The notes under the pieces were generated by a model, which saw only the letters and a program-made list of their open reading frames with translations, made no database searches and was not told the DNA's origin. Of a stretch of 64,000 nucleotides of DNA, positions 11,398-22,807 are shown one piece after another. Numbering within the stretch: the stretch's first letter is position 1; each line of letters opens with the position of its first letter. Source of the stretch: an uncultured Planctomycetaceae bacterium (GTDB lineage: Bacteria; Planctomycetota; Planctomycetia; Isosphaerales; Isosphaeraceae); assembly GCA_963833985.1 (NCBI GenBank), contig CAWIAD010000002.1:1664001-1728000 (forward strand). Direction: 5' to 3'. A program made the position numbers and the translations under genes.

Positions 11398-12582
11398 AGG
11401 CCTGAGCATCGCGGCATCCGCCCAGGGCGGTCCGCCGTTCCTCATGGCGTGGTAGAGCGCCTCGTACCGGTCGACCACCGCTTCCAGCGAGAATTGATCG
11501 GTGGTGCGTTGACGTGCGGCCGATCCCAGGCTCCGGGCGTGCTCGGGATCCCCGAGCAGCTCCAGCAGCGTCGCGGCCCAGGCTTCGGGACGGGCGTCCG
11601 CCACCAGGCGTCCCGTCACGCCGTCGGCCACCAGGTCGGAGTTGCCGCCGATGCCCGATACAACGCAGGGAAGTGCGGTGGCCATGGCTTCCAGCAGCGA
11701 ATTGCTCATCCCCTCGGCCACGCTGGGCAGGACGAAGACGTCCGCCGCGCGGAGGTAATCCGCGGGGTCGGCCACCGCGCCGGCGAACTGGACGCGATCG
11801 GCAATGCCCAGTTCCCTGGCACGCTCGGTGAGCACCTGGCGATCGCTGCCGGGTCCAACCAGGATCAGGCTGGCCGGTACCTTGCGGACCACGAGAGACC
11901 AGGCGTCGAGCAAGAGCGGGACGTTCTTTTGCGGGTGCAGGCGGCCGGTGAAGATCACGCGGGGCCCTTGCAGCAAGTGACTGGCAACCGAGCTGGGCCC
12001 GGGATGAAAATGCTTTGTGTCCACGCCGCTGGCCATACGGACGATGCGCTCGCGGGGAAAACCCAGCTCCCGCCACTGGCGTTCAATTTCCGCGGAGATG
12101 GCCGAGAGGGCGGTGTTGCGCACGATGATCCGCCGAAGCAAGGCAGCGCCGCGGGTGCGCCGCAGCTCGTCGGCCTCGCCGTAATAACCCGCGCTTGCCG
12201 GCTGCACAAGGGTTGGAATGCCGGGCAGCCAGGGGCGGGCCAGCCCCGTGGCGACCGCTTCCCAGAATGCCTGGTGGGTATGGACCACGTCGATCCGCCC
12301 GTGCAGCTTGCGGAGAGCGTGGACGACCCCCGCGACGAAGCTGAGCGCGAAGAGCGGCCCGCGTTTCGAGGTGCGGACGCAGCGATGAATGAGGACGCCC
12401 TGGTAGTCTTCCTCGTCGACCGGGTAGCCGGGGACCGCCTGGGTGACCACGTGCACGGTGTGGCCCCGGCGCACCAGCTCGAGGCCCTGTGCCAGGGCCT
12501 GTCGTTCGGCCCCGCTGGCGAACGGATGGAAATAACTGACGACGTAACAGACGGCAAGAGGAAGCTGCGCGGCATCGGGCAT
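11383..12582 (-). CDS. Glycosyltransferase family 4 (GT-B)
   Basis: GAERQ, FTGRLHPQKN and FVLPSVAEGMSNSLLEAMA (E-x7-E). Confidence 0.92.
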   Translation of the reverse strand: MPDAAQLPLAVCYVVSYFHPFASGAERQALAQGLELVRRGHTVHVVTQAVPGYPVDEEDYQGVLIHRCVRTSKRGPLFALSFVAGVVHALRKLHGRIDVVHTHQAFWEAVATGLARPWLPGIPTLVQPASAGYYGEADELRRTRGAALLRRIIVRNTALSAISAEIERQWRELGFPRERIVRMASGVDTKHFHPGPSSVASHLLQGPRVIFTGRLHPQKNVPLLLDAWSLVVRKVPASLILVGPGSDRQVLTERARELGIADRVQFAGAVADPADYLRAADVFVLPSVAEGMSNSLLEAMATALPCVVSGIGGNSDLVADGVTGRLVADARPEAWAATLLELLGDPEHARSLGSAARQRTTDQFSLEAVVDRYEALYHAMRNGGPPWADAAMLRPLPVA

Positions 12583-12607
12583 GGGCGTTGCGGTCCGCGG
12601 CAGCGGC

Positions 12608-12877
12608 TCAGAGATCGGGATCGTGAACGTTCTTCAGGTCCTTGAAATGCGGGTACTGCGCCAGCACCTCGCGGGCGACCCTGGCCTGTGACGCCGGTAC
12701 GTAGATGACGTGCCCGGACTCGAAGCTCAGGCCGCCGAAGGCGGGAGTGGCCAGTGAAGCGTCGCTACGGGCGCAGATCTCTTGCTCGTGCAGCAGCTCG
12801 ACCACCATCGCGGCTTCGAACTCGTTGAGCACCGTGCAGAGCCGGATCTCCGGAACCTCGTTCGTGGATTCTTCCAT
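12608..12877 (-). CDS. DUF2007-like putative signal-transducing protein
   Basis: NEFEAAMVVELL...I and IYVP...A.EVL pattern; 89 aa. Confidence 0.7.
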   Translation of the reverse strand: MEESTNEVPEIRLCTVLNEFEAAMVVELLHEQEICARSDASLATPAFGGLSFESGHVIYVPASQARVAREVLAQYPHFKDLKNVHDPDL

Positions 12878-13018
12878 CGTCGTCCTCCCGCTTGCCCGTC
12901 ACTCGCTGACCCGCACGCGGGCGAGTCCTGACGGGGAAAAGAGCAGTGGCTACCGGCACGGTCGGAGCCGGGCGAACCTGGTCACAACCGGTTCGCCCGG
13001 CGTCTGGCCGCAAGCGTC

Positions 13019-14325
13019 TCAGCGGGTGATCACCAGACTGGGAATGTCGCGGCCGATGTCGTCGCTGATCAGGCCGTTGCTCACGGTGATCTGGCTGACG
13101 GCATACACGCGCCCGCTGGGCATCGCGACGTTCACTGTCCAGTCGCCGTCGGGCACCTTGACCGCGAAACGTCCGAACGCGTCAGAGAGAGCCACGCGGT
13201 CGGCGTAGGCGTTGGTCCGGCTGGAGACCGTCACCCGCACCCCTTCTTCCGGCTCATTGGTGTCCCGGGTCTTGACCCGGCCGAAGAGCACGTTGCGATA
13301 CGCGCTGGCCATGGTGCGGGTGGAGTAAACGGGCTTCTGAACCACACGCTGCTGACGGTCGGAGCCGGAGCCTGATGCCGCCTCGCCGCCGGGAGCCGGC
13401 TGAAGGTCGTCGCCGGTGGCGGGAGCCGAGGGAGGCTCGACCCCGCTCGGTGTCCCGGAGGCGCCGGGCCTGGGATTTGCCGATTCCGGCTGGACCCTGT
13501 TTGGGGCAGCCGCCGAAGTCCCGCTCTTACCCTGGGCCCCGCCGCTGTTGCGCGGGAGTGCCGTGGATGACTCGCGCGATGGCACCTGCGGCGTGGGCGG
13601 AGAATCGACCGCCCGGGGCGCCGGCGCGCGGCGTTCGAGGCCGCCGCCGTGGGTTTTGCCGGCTCGGTCGCCGGCAGCTCGGGCACATCGGAGCTGGTCG
13701 AGTCTTCGTCGGCCGCCTGGCTCTGCAACGGTGCGGAGCGGGGTCTCGGGCTGGTCCGCGGCGCCGGGGAGGTACTCTGCTCGGACGAGTACATGCGCAC
13801 TTCCGGGGCGGCCGATGCCACCATCTGGCCGTCGCAGCAATCGACCGAACGCGCCGCGGTGTAGCCGGTGGTCACAACCCCTGTATCCAGGACTGTCGGC
13901 GAATAGACTGTCGGCGAATAAAAGGTGGTCGGGTAATAGTAGGTCGTGGGGTAGTAGGCCGTGGTCGGCATGTAGTACGTGGAGACCGGCGAGTAATAGG
14001 CCCGCGTGGTTTCCACCAGCCTGCGCCCGAACAATCCCCTGCGGCGGAACCGCGTTTCATAATACGTGGGGGCCAGGTAGGCCGTCGGCGTCAGCAGGGC
14101 AGACTCGGTGACATAAGCCGTGGCATAGACAGTGGGAATCGCATAAGAGGTCGGCGCCACGATCGAGCCGCCGATCACATAGGAGGTCGGGACCGTCAGC
14201 ACGCTGCTCGTGGGATACCACCCGGCGGATTCCAGGTAAACCACGTCGGCCGCTCTGGTTCGGCCGGTGCAGAGAACCAGTGCCAGCACTGCCCCGATCG
14301 GCAATCGCAAGCCAACAAGCCGCAT
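13019..14325 (-). CDS. Secreted Tyr/Thr-rich protein with a C-terminal carboxypeptidase-regulatory-like (CnaB/Ig) domain; frameshift near 13625
   Basis: RBS GGAAGGAG before ATG 14325; signal peptide; YYPTT repeats; C-terminal LFGRV...EGVRVTV...SDAFGRF.V.VPDGDW.V. Confidence 0.65.
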
Positions 14326-14709
14326 GATGAAACTCCTTCCAGATGCGTTGCGGGTCCGTGAGAAGATCAGCGTCATGCGTGGGAACCGCTTTCCCTCACG
14401 ATACCAGAACGCTGTGCGGCAACCAAGACACTGTCCTTGCGCAAGGTTTACGGCTCGATGCACTTCCGGTTGGGAAGAATGGGAGGATTGTGACGGGGCA
14501 GCGGTTCAGGGGCGGCCGCGCGGTCCCGGCCATTGGCCTGGCTGTCGCGGAGCCGGCACGCACCGTTCGGCTCGCGGCGGGTGCCGGTTTGCATCCCGGG
14601 CAGTCTTGTGGGATGATCGATAAAGACCGTTGCCAGCATGGTTTTCGGCGGTCTGGGATGTTTCCGCCGGAATGGCCGGCTGGGTGCAACTCCGTGGAGC
14701 AAACCCATC

Positions 14710-14997
14710 ATGTTGAACTCACGCGAGGCCCTCGAGGTCCTGGACCGGGACTTCCTGGAGACACGGTGCAAGATCCTGGAAATTGCCGCTGTGCTGGATC
14801 GGATCGACCGTGCGCCAGCGCTCCATCATGTCCATCCTGATCCTCGGATGGGCCAGATTCGACAATCGCTGGAGGCGCTTTGCGTTCCGGGTCCGGGCCG
14901 TGCCGAGACAATCCAGCGCATCTTCTCGCTGGAGTACGATCCGGACTGGCGGACCGTGATGCGGCTCGCGCCGGCGCGGCCCAGCGACCGACATTGA
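14710..14997 (+). CDS. Small helical conserved hypothetical protein
   Basis: MLNSREALEVLDRDFLETRCKILEIAAVLDRIDRA...RAETIQRIFSLEYDPDW; directly upstream of the TatD gene. Confidence 0.7.
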   Translation: MLNSREALEVLDRDFLETRCKILEIAAVLDRIDRAPALHHVHPDPRMGQIRQSLEALCVPGPGRAETIQRIFSLEYDPDWRTVMRLAPARPSDRH

Positions 14998-15071
14998 ACC
15001 ACCCGGAAGGGTGGAGCCAGCCATTGCTCACGAACTGATGTGGTGATTCACCCGGCAGAAGGGGGTACGCC

Positions 15072-15907
15072 ATGCACTACGTTGATCCCCACATTCACAT
15101 GGTTTCGCGCGTCACCGACGACTACAAACGGATGGCGCTGGCGGGGTGCGTGCTGGTCAGCGAGCCGGCGTTCTGGGCGGGTTTCGACCGCTCCGGGCCG
15201 GAGGGTTTTCGAGATTACTTCCGGCAACTGACGGAGTACGAGCGGAAGCGCGCCGCCGCCTACGGCATTGAACATCGCTGCTGGCTGTGCATCAACGCGA
15301 AGGAGGCCGAGAACGTCGCGCTGTCGCGTGAGGTGATCGCGATGATCCCCGAGTTCATCGATTGCCCGGGCGTTCTGGGCATTGGCGAGATTGGCCTGAA
15401 CAAGAACACCCGCAACGAGTCGGTGGTTTTCCAGGAGCATCTCGACCTGGCGGCCCGGCTGGGCGAGCTGGTCCTGGTGCACACTCCGCATCTGGCCGAC
15501 AAGTACCAGGGAACGCGCATGATCCTGGACATGATCGCCGCCGAGCCGCGGATCGCGCCGGAGCAGGTCTGCATCGACCATGTCGAGGAGCACACGATTC
15601 GCCTGGCTCTCGAGGCGGGTCACTGGGTCGGCATGACGCTCTATCCGATCACCAAGTGCACGCCCGCCCGGGCCGCCGACATGATCGAGCTGTACGGCCC
15701 GCAACGCATCATGGTGAACTCGGCCGGCGACTGGGGCCACAGCGACCCGCTGGCCGTTCCCGAGCTCATCTTCGAGCTGCGCCGCGCGGACACGAAGAGG
15801 CTCTGATCCGCCAGGTCGTCCATGACAACCCCCTGACCTTCTTTGCCCAGTGCGCCAGGTTCCGCTTCCAATCGCTGGCGGAAGCCGGTGCCGCGGCGGG
15901 TCGATGA
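15072..15907 (+). CDS. TatD-family metal-dependent hydrolase; frameshift near 15790
   Basis: DPHIH, GIGEIGL, VHTPH and IDH motifs; C-terminus (IRQVVHDNPLTFF) continues in the frame ending at 15907. Confidence 0.85.
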
Positions 15908-16272
15908 CCACGGCCTCACCGGCACAGGCGGAGCGGACAACCGAAGGTCGCGGCGTGTGCGGGTTTGCCTGGAGCTCCAGACTCCTGAGTGCTCCCCGAG
16001 GCGTTCGTCAGGAGGCGCGTTGCGCTGTTCCCGGGCAAGGGCGAGATTGCTTGACGGCGCTCCGGAGCATTGCGAAGAATAACAAGGTCTGCCTCAGCCG
16101 ACATGCCCGGCACAGCACGCTTTGTTCCATCGCCACTGTTCTCGGCAGGAATGCGAGGCACGTCGGTGGAGCGCATCATCCCTGGCGGGTAACATCGGGA
16201 GTGCCGCAGGTCCTGTAAGCTCCCGATCCTGCCAGCCCGGACGACGAACGCACGGAGAGAAGGCGATCGCTG

Positions 16273-19069
16273 ATGAAGAGCCGCACCAAGATTGCCGCCC
16301 TCCTGGGCGTTCTCATCCTCCTCGTTGCCGGCGGCCTGCTCGCGACGACGGTGCGGGAGAGCCTCTGGCCGGACGAATCGCTGGAAGGACGGGTCCGTCA
16401 ACTGGACAGCCGCTGGGCCGCCCAGCGCCGCGCGGCGGCCACGGGACTGGCCCGTTACACGGCGTCCCCGGACACGGTCGTCCCCGCGCTCACCCGGGCA
16501 CTCGATGACCCCGACGCGGAGGTGCGGCGTAACGCCCTCGAATCGTTCGCTGCGTTCGCCGACAAGTCTCGCCCGGCGGTTCCCGCGCTGAGGCTCACGA
16601 TGAAGCAGGATCCGGACCCGGCGATTCGCAGGGAAGCGATGGCGCTGCTGGGGCGCATCAAGGATCGGGACTCGGTTCCCGCGCTGATCCAGGCGCTCGA
16701 TGACGAAGCGGGTGCGACCCAGGTGCAGGCGGTCCTGAGCCTGGGGCAGTTCGGCCCGGCCGTCGCCACGGAGCCGCTCATCGCCAGGCTGCGCTCCACC
16801 CTGCTCGAAAGCAAGAACGAGCTGTTGCGCCTGGCGGCCTTGGACGCGCTCGATTCGCTGCGCGCGGCAATGAATCCGTCGCCCATGCCGTTTCGGAGGC
16901 CGCGGTCAAGGACCCGAGCACACCACTGCGGGCCAGGGCCGTGAACATCCTGGACGCGAAATACCCGTTCGTCGTACCGGCCCTGCTCGCCGCCCTCGAC
17001 GACGCGCAGCCGCAGGTCCGGATGGCGGCGGGAAGCCGGCTGGCGCTCATCGGGCTGACCGACGACCGCACGGTCCCCGCGCTCTGCCGGCTGGCGCTCA
17101 AGGCGGATGATCTGAACCGTGAGACTGTCGGGGTCATCTTCGGACAGCTCACTCTCGTCCGGCCCAGCGGACCGACCTCCGCGGATCAGCTCGGGCGGAG
17201 ATTCGAGACAGCCGTGCAAGAGCTTCGAAGCGTCGTCGAACGGCGAGAGGCGGGCGGCCGGGCGGCTGTCGTCGCGGTGCTGGGGCGGATTGTCGGAAGC
17301 TACGAGAAGTCCGGCGAGCCGGCCCTGCTGGCGCCGGCACGCGCGGTGCTCGAAACCCTGCTCGCGCGCATCGAGGATCCCCAGGAGGACCTCTCGCTAC
17401 GGCTCGACGCCATGGGCCAGTGGCCCATGCTCCAGATGATGGTTCAGAACAGAAAAGACACGCACACCAGCGCGCTGCACGCCACAGCTTTATGGATTGC
17501 GTCCCTGGGCAGGGTGCTCGCGGACCCTGCGCTTGAGGTGCGGGGCAAGGCCATGGTCAGCCTGCTGGAGAGCTTCCAGGATCCGCTGCCCGATGGTGCC
17601 TTCCGGCAGACCTGGCAGGGCCTGGTTCCCACCATGGTGAAGGCGGCCGCGAGCGACGACCTGCGGGTCCGAACCGGTGCCTTGCTCGTGCTCAAGCAGC
17701 TTGGTCCCGTGGCCGAGCCGGCACTTCCCGCCCTGCGCCACTGGCCAGCCAGGCCCACGATCCCGCGGCCTCCGAGCAGATCGAAGCGGCCATCCGTTCG
17801 GCCTCGATCAGCGACAGGCTCCAGCGCGGCGATCCCGCGGCCCGCATCGCTGCATCCCAGGACCTGGGGCAGCTTGGCTGGCGCGCTGCGCCGACCGTAC
17901 CGCTGGTTCTCGTTCTGCTCAAGGCACCACAGGACGGCGTTCGCCTGGCTGCCGTGGCGGCGCTCAAGGCCCTCGTGACCAAGGACCTTGCCGCCGTCTC
18001 CGCACTGACCGCAGCGCTTCGGGCCGAGGCCGAGGCGCCGGTACGCGTGGCGATTCTCGAGGCTCTGGAAACCGTGGCGCCGGGGACCCGCCAGGTCCTC
18101 GACGCGCACGTCGAGGCGCTCAAGGATCGCGATCCCCGGGTTCGCGAGGCGGCGGCGCACTTCGGCCGGGTCCCCACCGACGACGCGGTCCTTGCCGCAC
18201 TCAAGTCCGCCCTGGATGATGACAGCGAGCCGGTGCGGGCGGCCGCTTCCCGCAGCCTGTGCGAGATCATGTTCCTGAAGCCTCAGGTCATTCCCACGCT
18301 GATTCAGGCGCTGGGCGAAAGCGCCCAGTGCCAGAACGTGGCGACGGCCCTGGACGAGCATCTCCAGCAGGTTTCCGATCGGGCCGAGTTTGGCCGCCTC
18401 AGGGGCGACCTTACGGGACTGCGGGCAACGCTTGCCAGCGCGGTCCCCGCGCTCCAGAAGGCGGTCACGTCCGATGGCGCCGAGCGCCGGGCTCGAGCCT
18501 TCGAGATCCTGGGGCGGATTACCGCCTTCTCCGATCTGAACCGCGACGCCGAGCTGCTGAAGGCCATTGAACCGGCCATCGGGCCCTACCTCGTCGGGCT
18601 CGAGAGCGACGACCCCGGGGTCCGCCGGGGAGTGCTGGGCCGGCTTGGCTCTATCGGTATTCACCGCGCCCGGATCGTGGGGCTGCTGCTCGGCGAGCTG
18701 GCGCGGCCGGGGCTCAACGAGGACGACCGCCAGGCCGCCCTGGCGGCGCTGGCTGCCCAGGCCACGCACGCCGGGGGCGACTCCGAACTGCACACGGCGC
18801 TTTTGCCCGCGATTCCGGAACTGGCCACGGCGCTCGAATCCCCGGCGGCAGAGCTTCGCGGCCGGGCGGTGGTGGCGCTTGGCCATATTGGCAGCGCTGC
18901 CCGGCCGGCCCTGGAGACTCTTCGCAGGCTGGCGGAGCATGACCCGGACGCAGGCATCCGCAGGAACGCCGCGGACGCCGTGAGGGCCGTCGAGGGGACC
19001 GCCCCGATGCCGGTTTCCAGCCCCCGCGGTGCTGGTGCGGGCGCGGCGCGGCCGCGGAGGATCGAGTGA
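16273..19069 (+). CDS. Membrane-anchored HEAT-repeat protein; frameshifts near 16860 and 17740
   Basis: Repeated 'VPAL..AL.D.D..VR..A' motifs across ORFs 16273..16944, 16941..17978 and 17954..19069; stop overlaps the sulfatase start. Confidence 0.8.
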
Positions 19070-21006
19070 CGGCCATGTCCGCGGCTCATGTCCAGGCGAA
19101 GCAGCAGACAACGGCGCCCGCGGGTCGCGGCCTGAGCGTCCTCAGCGTGCTCGCCCTGGCGGTCTGGCTGGGCATGGCCGCCGGGCTGCTGGAAGTCGCC
19201 ATCCGGGTCCTCTTCCGGTCCATTTCCCCGACCGGCCGCCTTTACCTGGTGAGCCGGCACTTCGTCTGGCTCACGCCGCTGGCCAACGTCGTGCTCTTCC
19301 TGGGGGTCGGCCTCGTGCTGGCCCTGCTGGCCAAGGTCTGGCCAAAGCTGGGGAGCTGGCTCTGCCCCCGGTTCCTGCTGGCCCTGGCGCTGCTGCCCGC
19401 ACTCGCGGTCGCCGTCCCCAACATCTTCCCCGAGGCCTGGTTTCTCCTGAGCCTGGGAATCGCCGTCCGGACGGTCCCCTTGCTCCAGGCCCACGCGCAG
19501 CGCCTGCGTGCGGCGTTCATCTGGGGCTTTTTCTTGCAGGCCGCGGTGATCGTGCTGCTGGCGGGGTCGGTCGTTGCGAGCGACTGGATCAAGGAGCGCC
19601 GCGAGCAGGCCCGCGCCTTACCGCCGGCCGGCGCGGCCAATGTGCTGCTCATCGTCCTGGACACGGTTCGCCAGGATCATTTGAGTCTCCATGGCTATCG
19701 CCGTCCCACCACGCCGGTGCTCGAGCGCCTGGCCCGCCGCGGGATCCGCTTTGATGCGGCCCGGGCGACGGCCCCCTGGACCCTGGCCTCGCACGCCAGC
19801 CTGTTCACGGGCCGCTGGCCCCACGAGCTTGGCGTCACCTGGCTCTCGCCAATCCGCAACGAGTCTCTCACGCTCGCGGAATACCTCGCGGACCACGGCT
19901 ACGCCACCGCCGGTTTCGTGGCGAACACGCAGTATTGCTCCTACGACACCCGGCTCGATCGCGGATTCGCGCACTACGAGGACTACGTGGACGAGTGGCT
20001 CAGTCCGCTCCGCATGTCGTTGGTGTTCCGCGAGTTCTTCACGGCCTTCTCGGAGCTCGCCTCGTACCACCCGAGCGGCCCCATCCACTCCATCCAGGGG
20101 CTGCTCACGCGCTGGTCGTGCTACGGGATCCGCAAGGACGCGGAGCGCGTCAACCACAGCTTCTTGACGTGGCTGGACCGGCGGAAGCAGCCGGATCGTC
20201 CCTTCTTCGCCTTTCTCAACTACCTGGATGCCCACGCACCTTATGAGCTGCCTCCGGCGGGGAGCTATGTGTTCGGCCGCAAGCCCCAGACCGACGACGA
20301 GCTGAGCCTCGTGAACGATCTCTGGCCGTTCCTGGATAAATCGAAGCTGCCACGTTCCTATGTGAACCTGGCGGCTGACTGTTATGACAGTTGCATCGCT
20401 TACCTGGACAGGCGCCTGGGCGAGCTGTTCGATGAGCTAGCGCGGCGCGGCACGCTCGAATCCACGTGGATCGTGATCACCTCGGACCACGGAGAGGGAC
20501 TGGGCGAGCATGGTCTGTTCTTGCATGGCGAGAGCCTCTTTGCCACGGAGATCCACGTGCCTTTGCTGATCGTGCCGCCGGCAGGCCGCGCGGCAGCGGC
20601 CGTGGTGCCCCAGCCCGTCAGCCTGCGGCAGGTGCCGGCCACGGTGGCCGATGTGCTCGGGCTGGAGCAGGGCCAGCCGTTCCCCGCCCGCTCGCTGGCG
20701 AGTCTCTGGACCCGGGGCGTGCCGAGCCCTGGACAGGACGACCCGGAACCCGCGTTCTCGGAGCTTCTGAGCCCGAATCCGAGCGACCCGAACCAGGGCA
20801 GATCCCCGGCGCATCGCGGCCCGCTCATCGCCCTGGCCGAAGAACAATTCGTGTACATCCGCAACCAGCGTGATGGCGGCGAGCAGCTCTTCGACCGGCT
20901 CGACGACCCGCGCGAGCTGACCAACCTCGTATCCAGAGAGGCGATGCAGCCGGTGCTCAGGCGGTTCCGCGATCACCTGCGCCAGGCGTTTCCCCACTTA
21001 CGTTGA
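19066..21006 (+). CDS. Membrane-anchored sulfatase-like hydrolase/transferase
   Basis: Several N-terminal TM helices; NVLLIVLDTVRQD, WTLASHASLFTG, NYLDAH, TSDHGE and HVPL motifs. Confidence 0.9.
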   Translation: MTAMSAAHVQAKQQTTAPAGRGLSVLSVLALAVWLGMAAGLLEVAIRVLFRSISPTGRLYLVSRHFVWLTPLANVVLFLGVGLVLALLAKVWPKLGSWLCPRFLLALALLPALAVAVPNIFPEAWFLLSLGIAVRTVPLLQAHAQRLRAAFIWGFFLQAAVIVLLAGSVVASDWIKERREQARALPPAGAANVLLIVLDTVRQDHLSLHGYRRPTTPVLERLARRGIRFDAARATAPWTLASHASLFTGRWPHELGVTWLSPIRNESLTLAEYLADHGYATAGFVANTQYCSYDTRLDRGFAHYEDYVDEWLSPLRMSLVFREFFTAFSELASYHPSGPIHSIQGLLTRWSCYGIRKDAERVNHSFLTWLDRRKQPDRPFFAFLNYLDAHAPYELPPAGSYVFGRKPQTDDELSLVNDLWPFLDKSKLPRSYVNLAADCYDSCIAYLDRRLGELFDELARRGTLESTWIVITSDHGEGLGEHGLFLHGESLFATEIHVPLLIVPPAGRAAAAVVPQPVSLRQVPATVADVLGLEQGQPFPARSLASLWTRGVPSPGQDDPEPAFSELLSPNPSDPNQGRSPAHRGPLIALAEEQFVYIRNQRDGGEQLFDRLDDPRELTNLVSREAMQPVLRRFRDHLRQAFPHLR

Positions 21007-21023
21007 CCCCCTGGCCATGGGCC

Positions 21024-21090
21024 CAATACCGTTGAAATAGCGATAAGTTGATTGCAGGCATAAGTTTGTCCCTCGTCCCCACGCTCCGCG
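21024..21090 (-). mobile_element. MITE 'R' arm (copy A), inverted
   Basis: Begins CAATACCGTTGAAATAG; 67 bp; paralogue of the reverse complement of 22672-22738; flank GGCCATGGGC is the reverse complement of the 1895-1904 flank. Confidence 0.75.
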
Positions 21091-22671
21091 CTTGTCATTC
21101 CCGGAAAACTGCATCCATGTATATGCAATTAGTAGTGTACATGTGCATTGATTCTCGCGCGCTCAAGCTTTGCTCCCCTTACCAGCAGCCGGAGCACCTT
21201 CATGCCGCGCCAGAGCGTGATCCAGCCGGGCATCCCGTCTCGTCGCCGGTTCATATGCCCACCGAGCCGCCCCAGGGCAAGCAACACGTCTGCCACGGTC
21301 TTGAGTTCACGCTCGACCGCCAGACCGAGCACCTCCAGCTCGGGCTCCTCCAGGCCAGTGCTTGCCGCGGGAGCTCCCGGGAAGCCCTTGCCGAGCTCGC
21401 GCAGATCCAGCAGCCGAAGCGCCACCACGCTCATCACGGCGATCGCAGCGAACAATCGGTTGCCCCGCTCCAGCTGCAAATCCTCAGCCTTCATGCCCGT
21501 CTTGAGGCCCTTGTGAAACTCCTCGATCAGAAAGCGTGTGCCGTAGTCCATCACCACCATGATCGCAGCGCTGAAGCTCTCAGTCGGGCTGTCCGTGTAG
21601 AGCACCCATTCCAGCGGCGCGACGCCTTCAGGCGGGTCTTGCTCCCAGACCCGCACGAACCAGCCGTCGATCGGCTCGCCCGTGCCGGCCGCGCGGCCCG
21701 CACGCTCGGGTGCCCGCACGCGCACCGGACCACAACTGATCAGGAGCTTCGCGCGCGCGCGGCCTTACCATCGCGGCCACGCAGGTCCAGATACATTCCC
21801 CCCACGGGCGCCACGCCCACGATGTGGTCGAAGACCAGCCCGAGCCGCTTACCATCGGCCGGATTGAGCAGAATGCGATTTTGACTGACCCGGATCACGA
21901 AACCGTGGCCTGCCGCGCGACAGGACTCCATGTACTCATGAATATCTGCTTCTCGATCGGCAACGCGCACCCAGCGGACCTCCGGGTTCTCTGGTGCCGG
22001 GCCAATCCGCTTGCCCGACTCGAGCCAGCGATCCGACTCTCGATCCCGGATCTGCCGTTGCCGCGATCCGGCCTGTTTCGGCGTGTCGGGATCCCGCGGG
22101 ATGCGGATGAGGTATTGCTGGTCGGCGAGCCCCAAGATCGTGACCGGGGGCCGACGACCGCTCGCATCAGGTACGGGCGACGAGTCGGCACGCATCGCAA
22201 GGATGGAGTGGAGGAGAAAGCCCTGCTGTCCCGGCTCCGAGTCATCAATCGGCCCAAGCCCGGGTATTGGCTGCTTGCGATGAGAGAACGAGGGAAACGT
22301 GGTGTCTTCGATGAGGAGATATCGCCCCGGTTTGCGGAGTTCGGCCATCACCAGTCGGCGGTGAGTCGCCTGGATCGCATCGGGGACCACCTCGCGTTCG
22401 TCGAGGAGGTCATAGGTCGCGTTGATGTCGTACTTGCGGGTGAACAACTCGGGGATCATCTTCCCGGGTTGCTCAGCGAGGGCCTCCGCAAACGCCATGA
22501 GGCGATTCCTCCTGGTGCAATGGCCGAGCCTGATCCCGTCGAACTGCATCCGAGCCCATTGGGCGGGCGGGGATTGGTGGACTGACATCCCTGTGAACAT
22601 AGTTGGCTCCATCCATGACCATGCTGGTAGAATCCAGCCAACCATGTTAACACATTCGCGGGAATGACAAG
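21091..22671 (-). mobile_element. IS4-family (IS50-like) insertion sequence, copy 2, 1581 bp
   Basis: Same CTTGTCATTCCCG inverted repeats; near-identical to 1975-3556 with scattered SNPs. Confidence 0.9.
21129..22612 (-). pseudogene. IS4-family transposase with a 1-bp deletion near 21755 (real or sequencing error)
   Basis: Copy 1 reads GCCGCGCAGCGCGCGAAG, whereas copy 2 lacks the A; the protein is split into ORFs 21740..22714 and 21129..21725. Confidence 0.85.
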
Positions 22672-22738
22672 CGCGGAGCGTGGGAACGAGGGACAAACCT
22701 ATGCCTGCACTCAACTTATCCCTATTTCAACGGTATTG
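22672..22738 (+). mobile_element. MITE 'R' arm (copy B)
   Basis: Starts CGCGGAGCGTGGGAACGA, ends CTATTTCAACGGTATTG, followed by GGGTGTACGAT. Confidence 0.75.
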
Positions 22739-22807
22739 GGGTGTACGATCGATCGATCCTGGATCGTTCGACCGCGGATCCTGAACTGCCCGGGGAGGTT
22801 CCGTTGC

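Noticed and set aside
15910..16270. Possible ncRNA in the intergenic gap (ATCGGGAG...CTCCCGAT stem)
   Set aside because: Only one modest hairpin, with no recognisable tRNA or riboswitch features.
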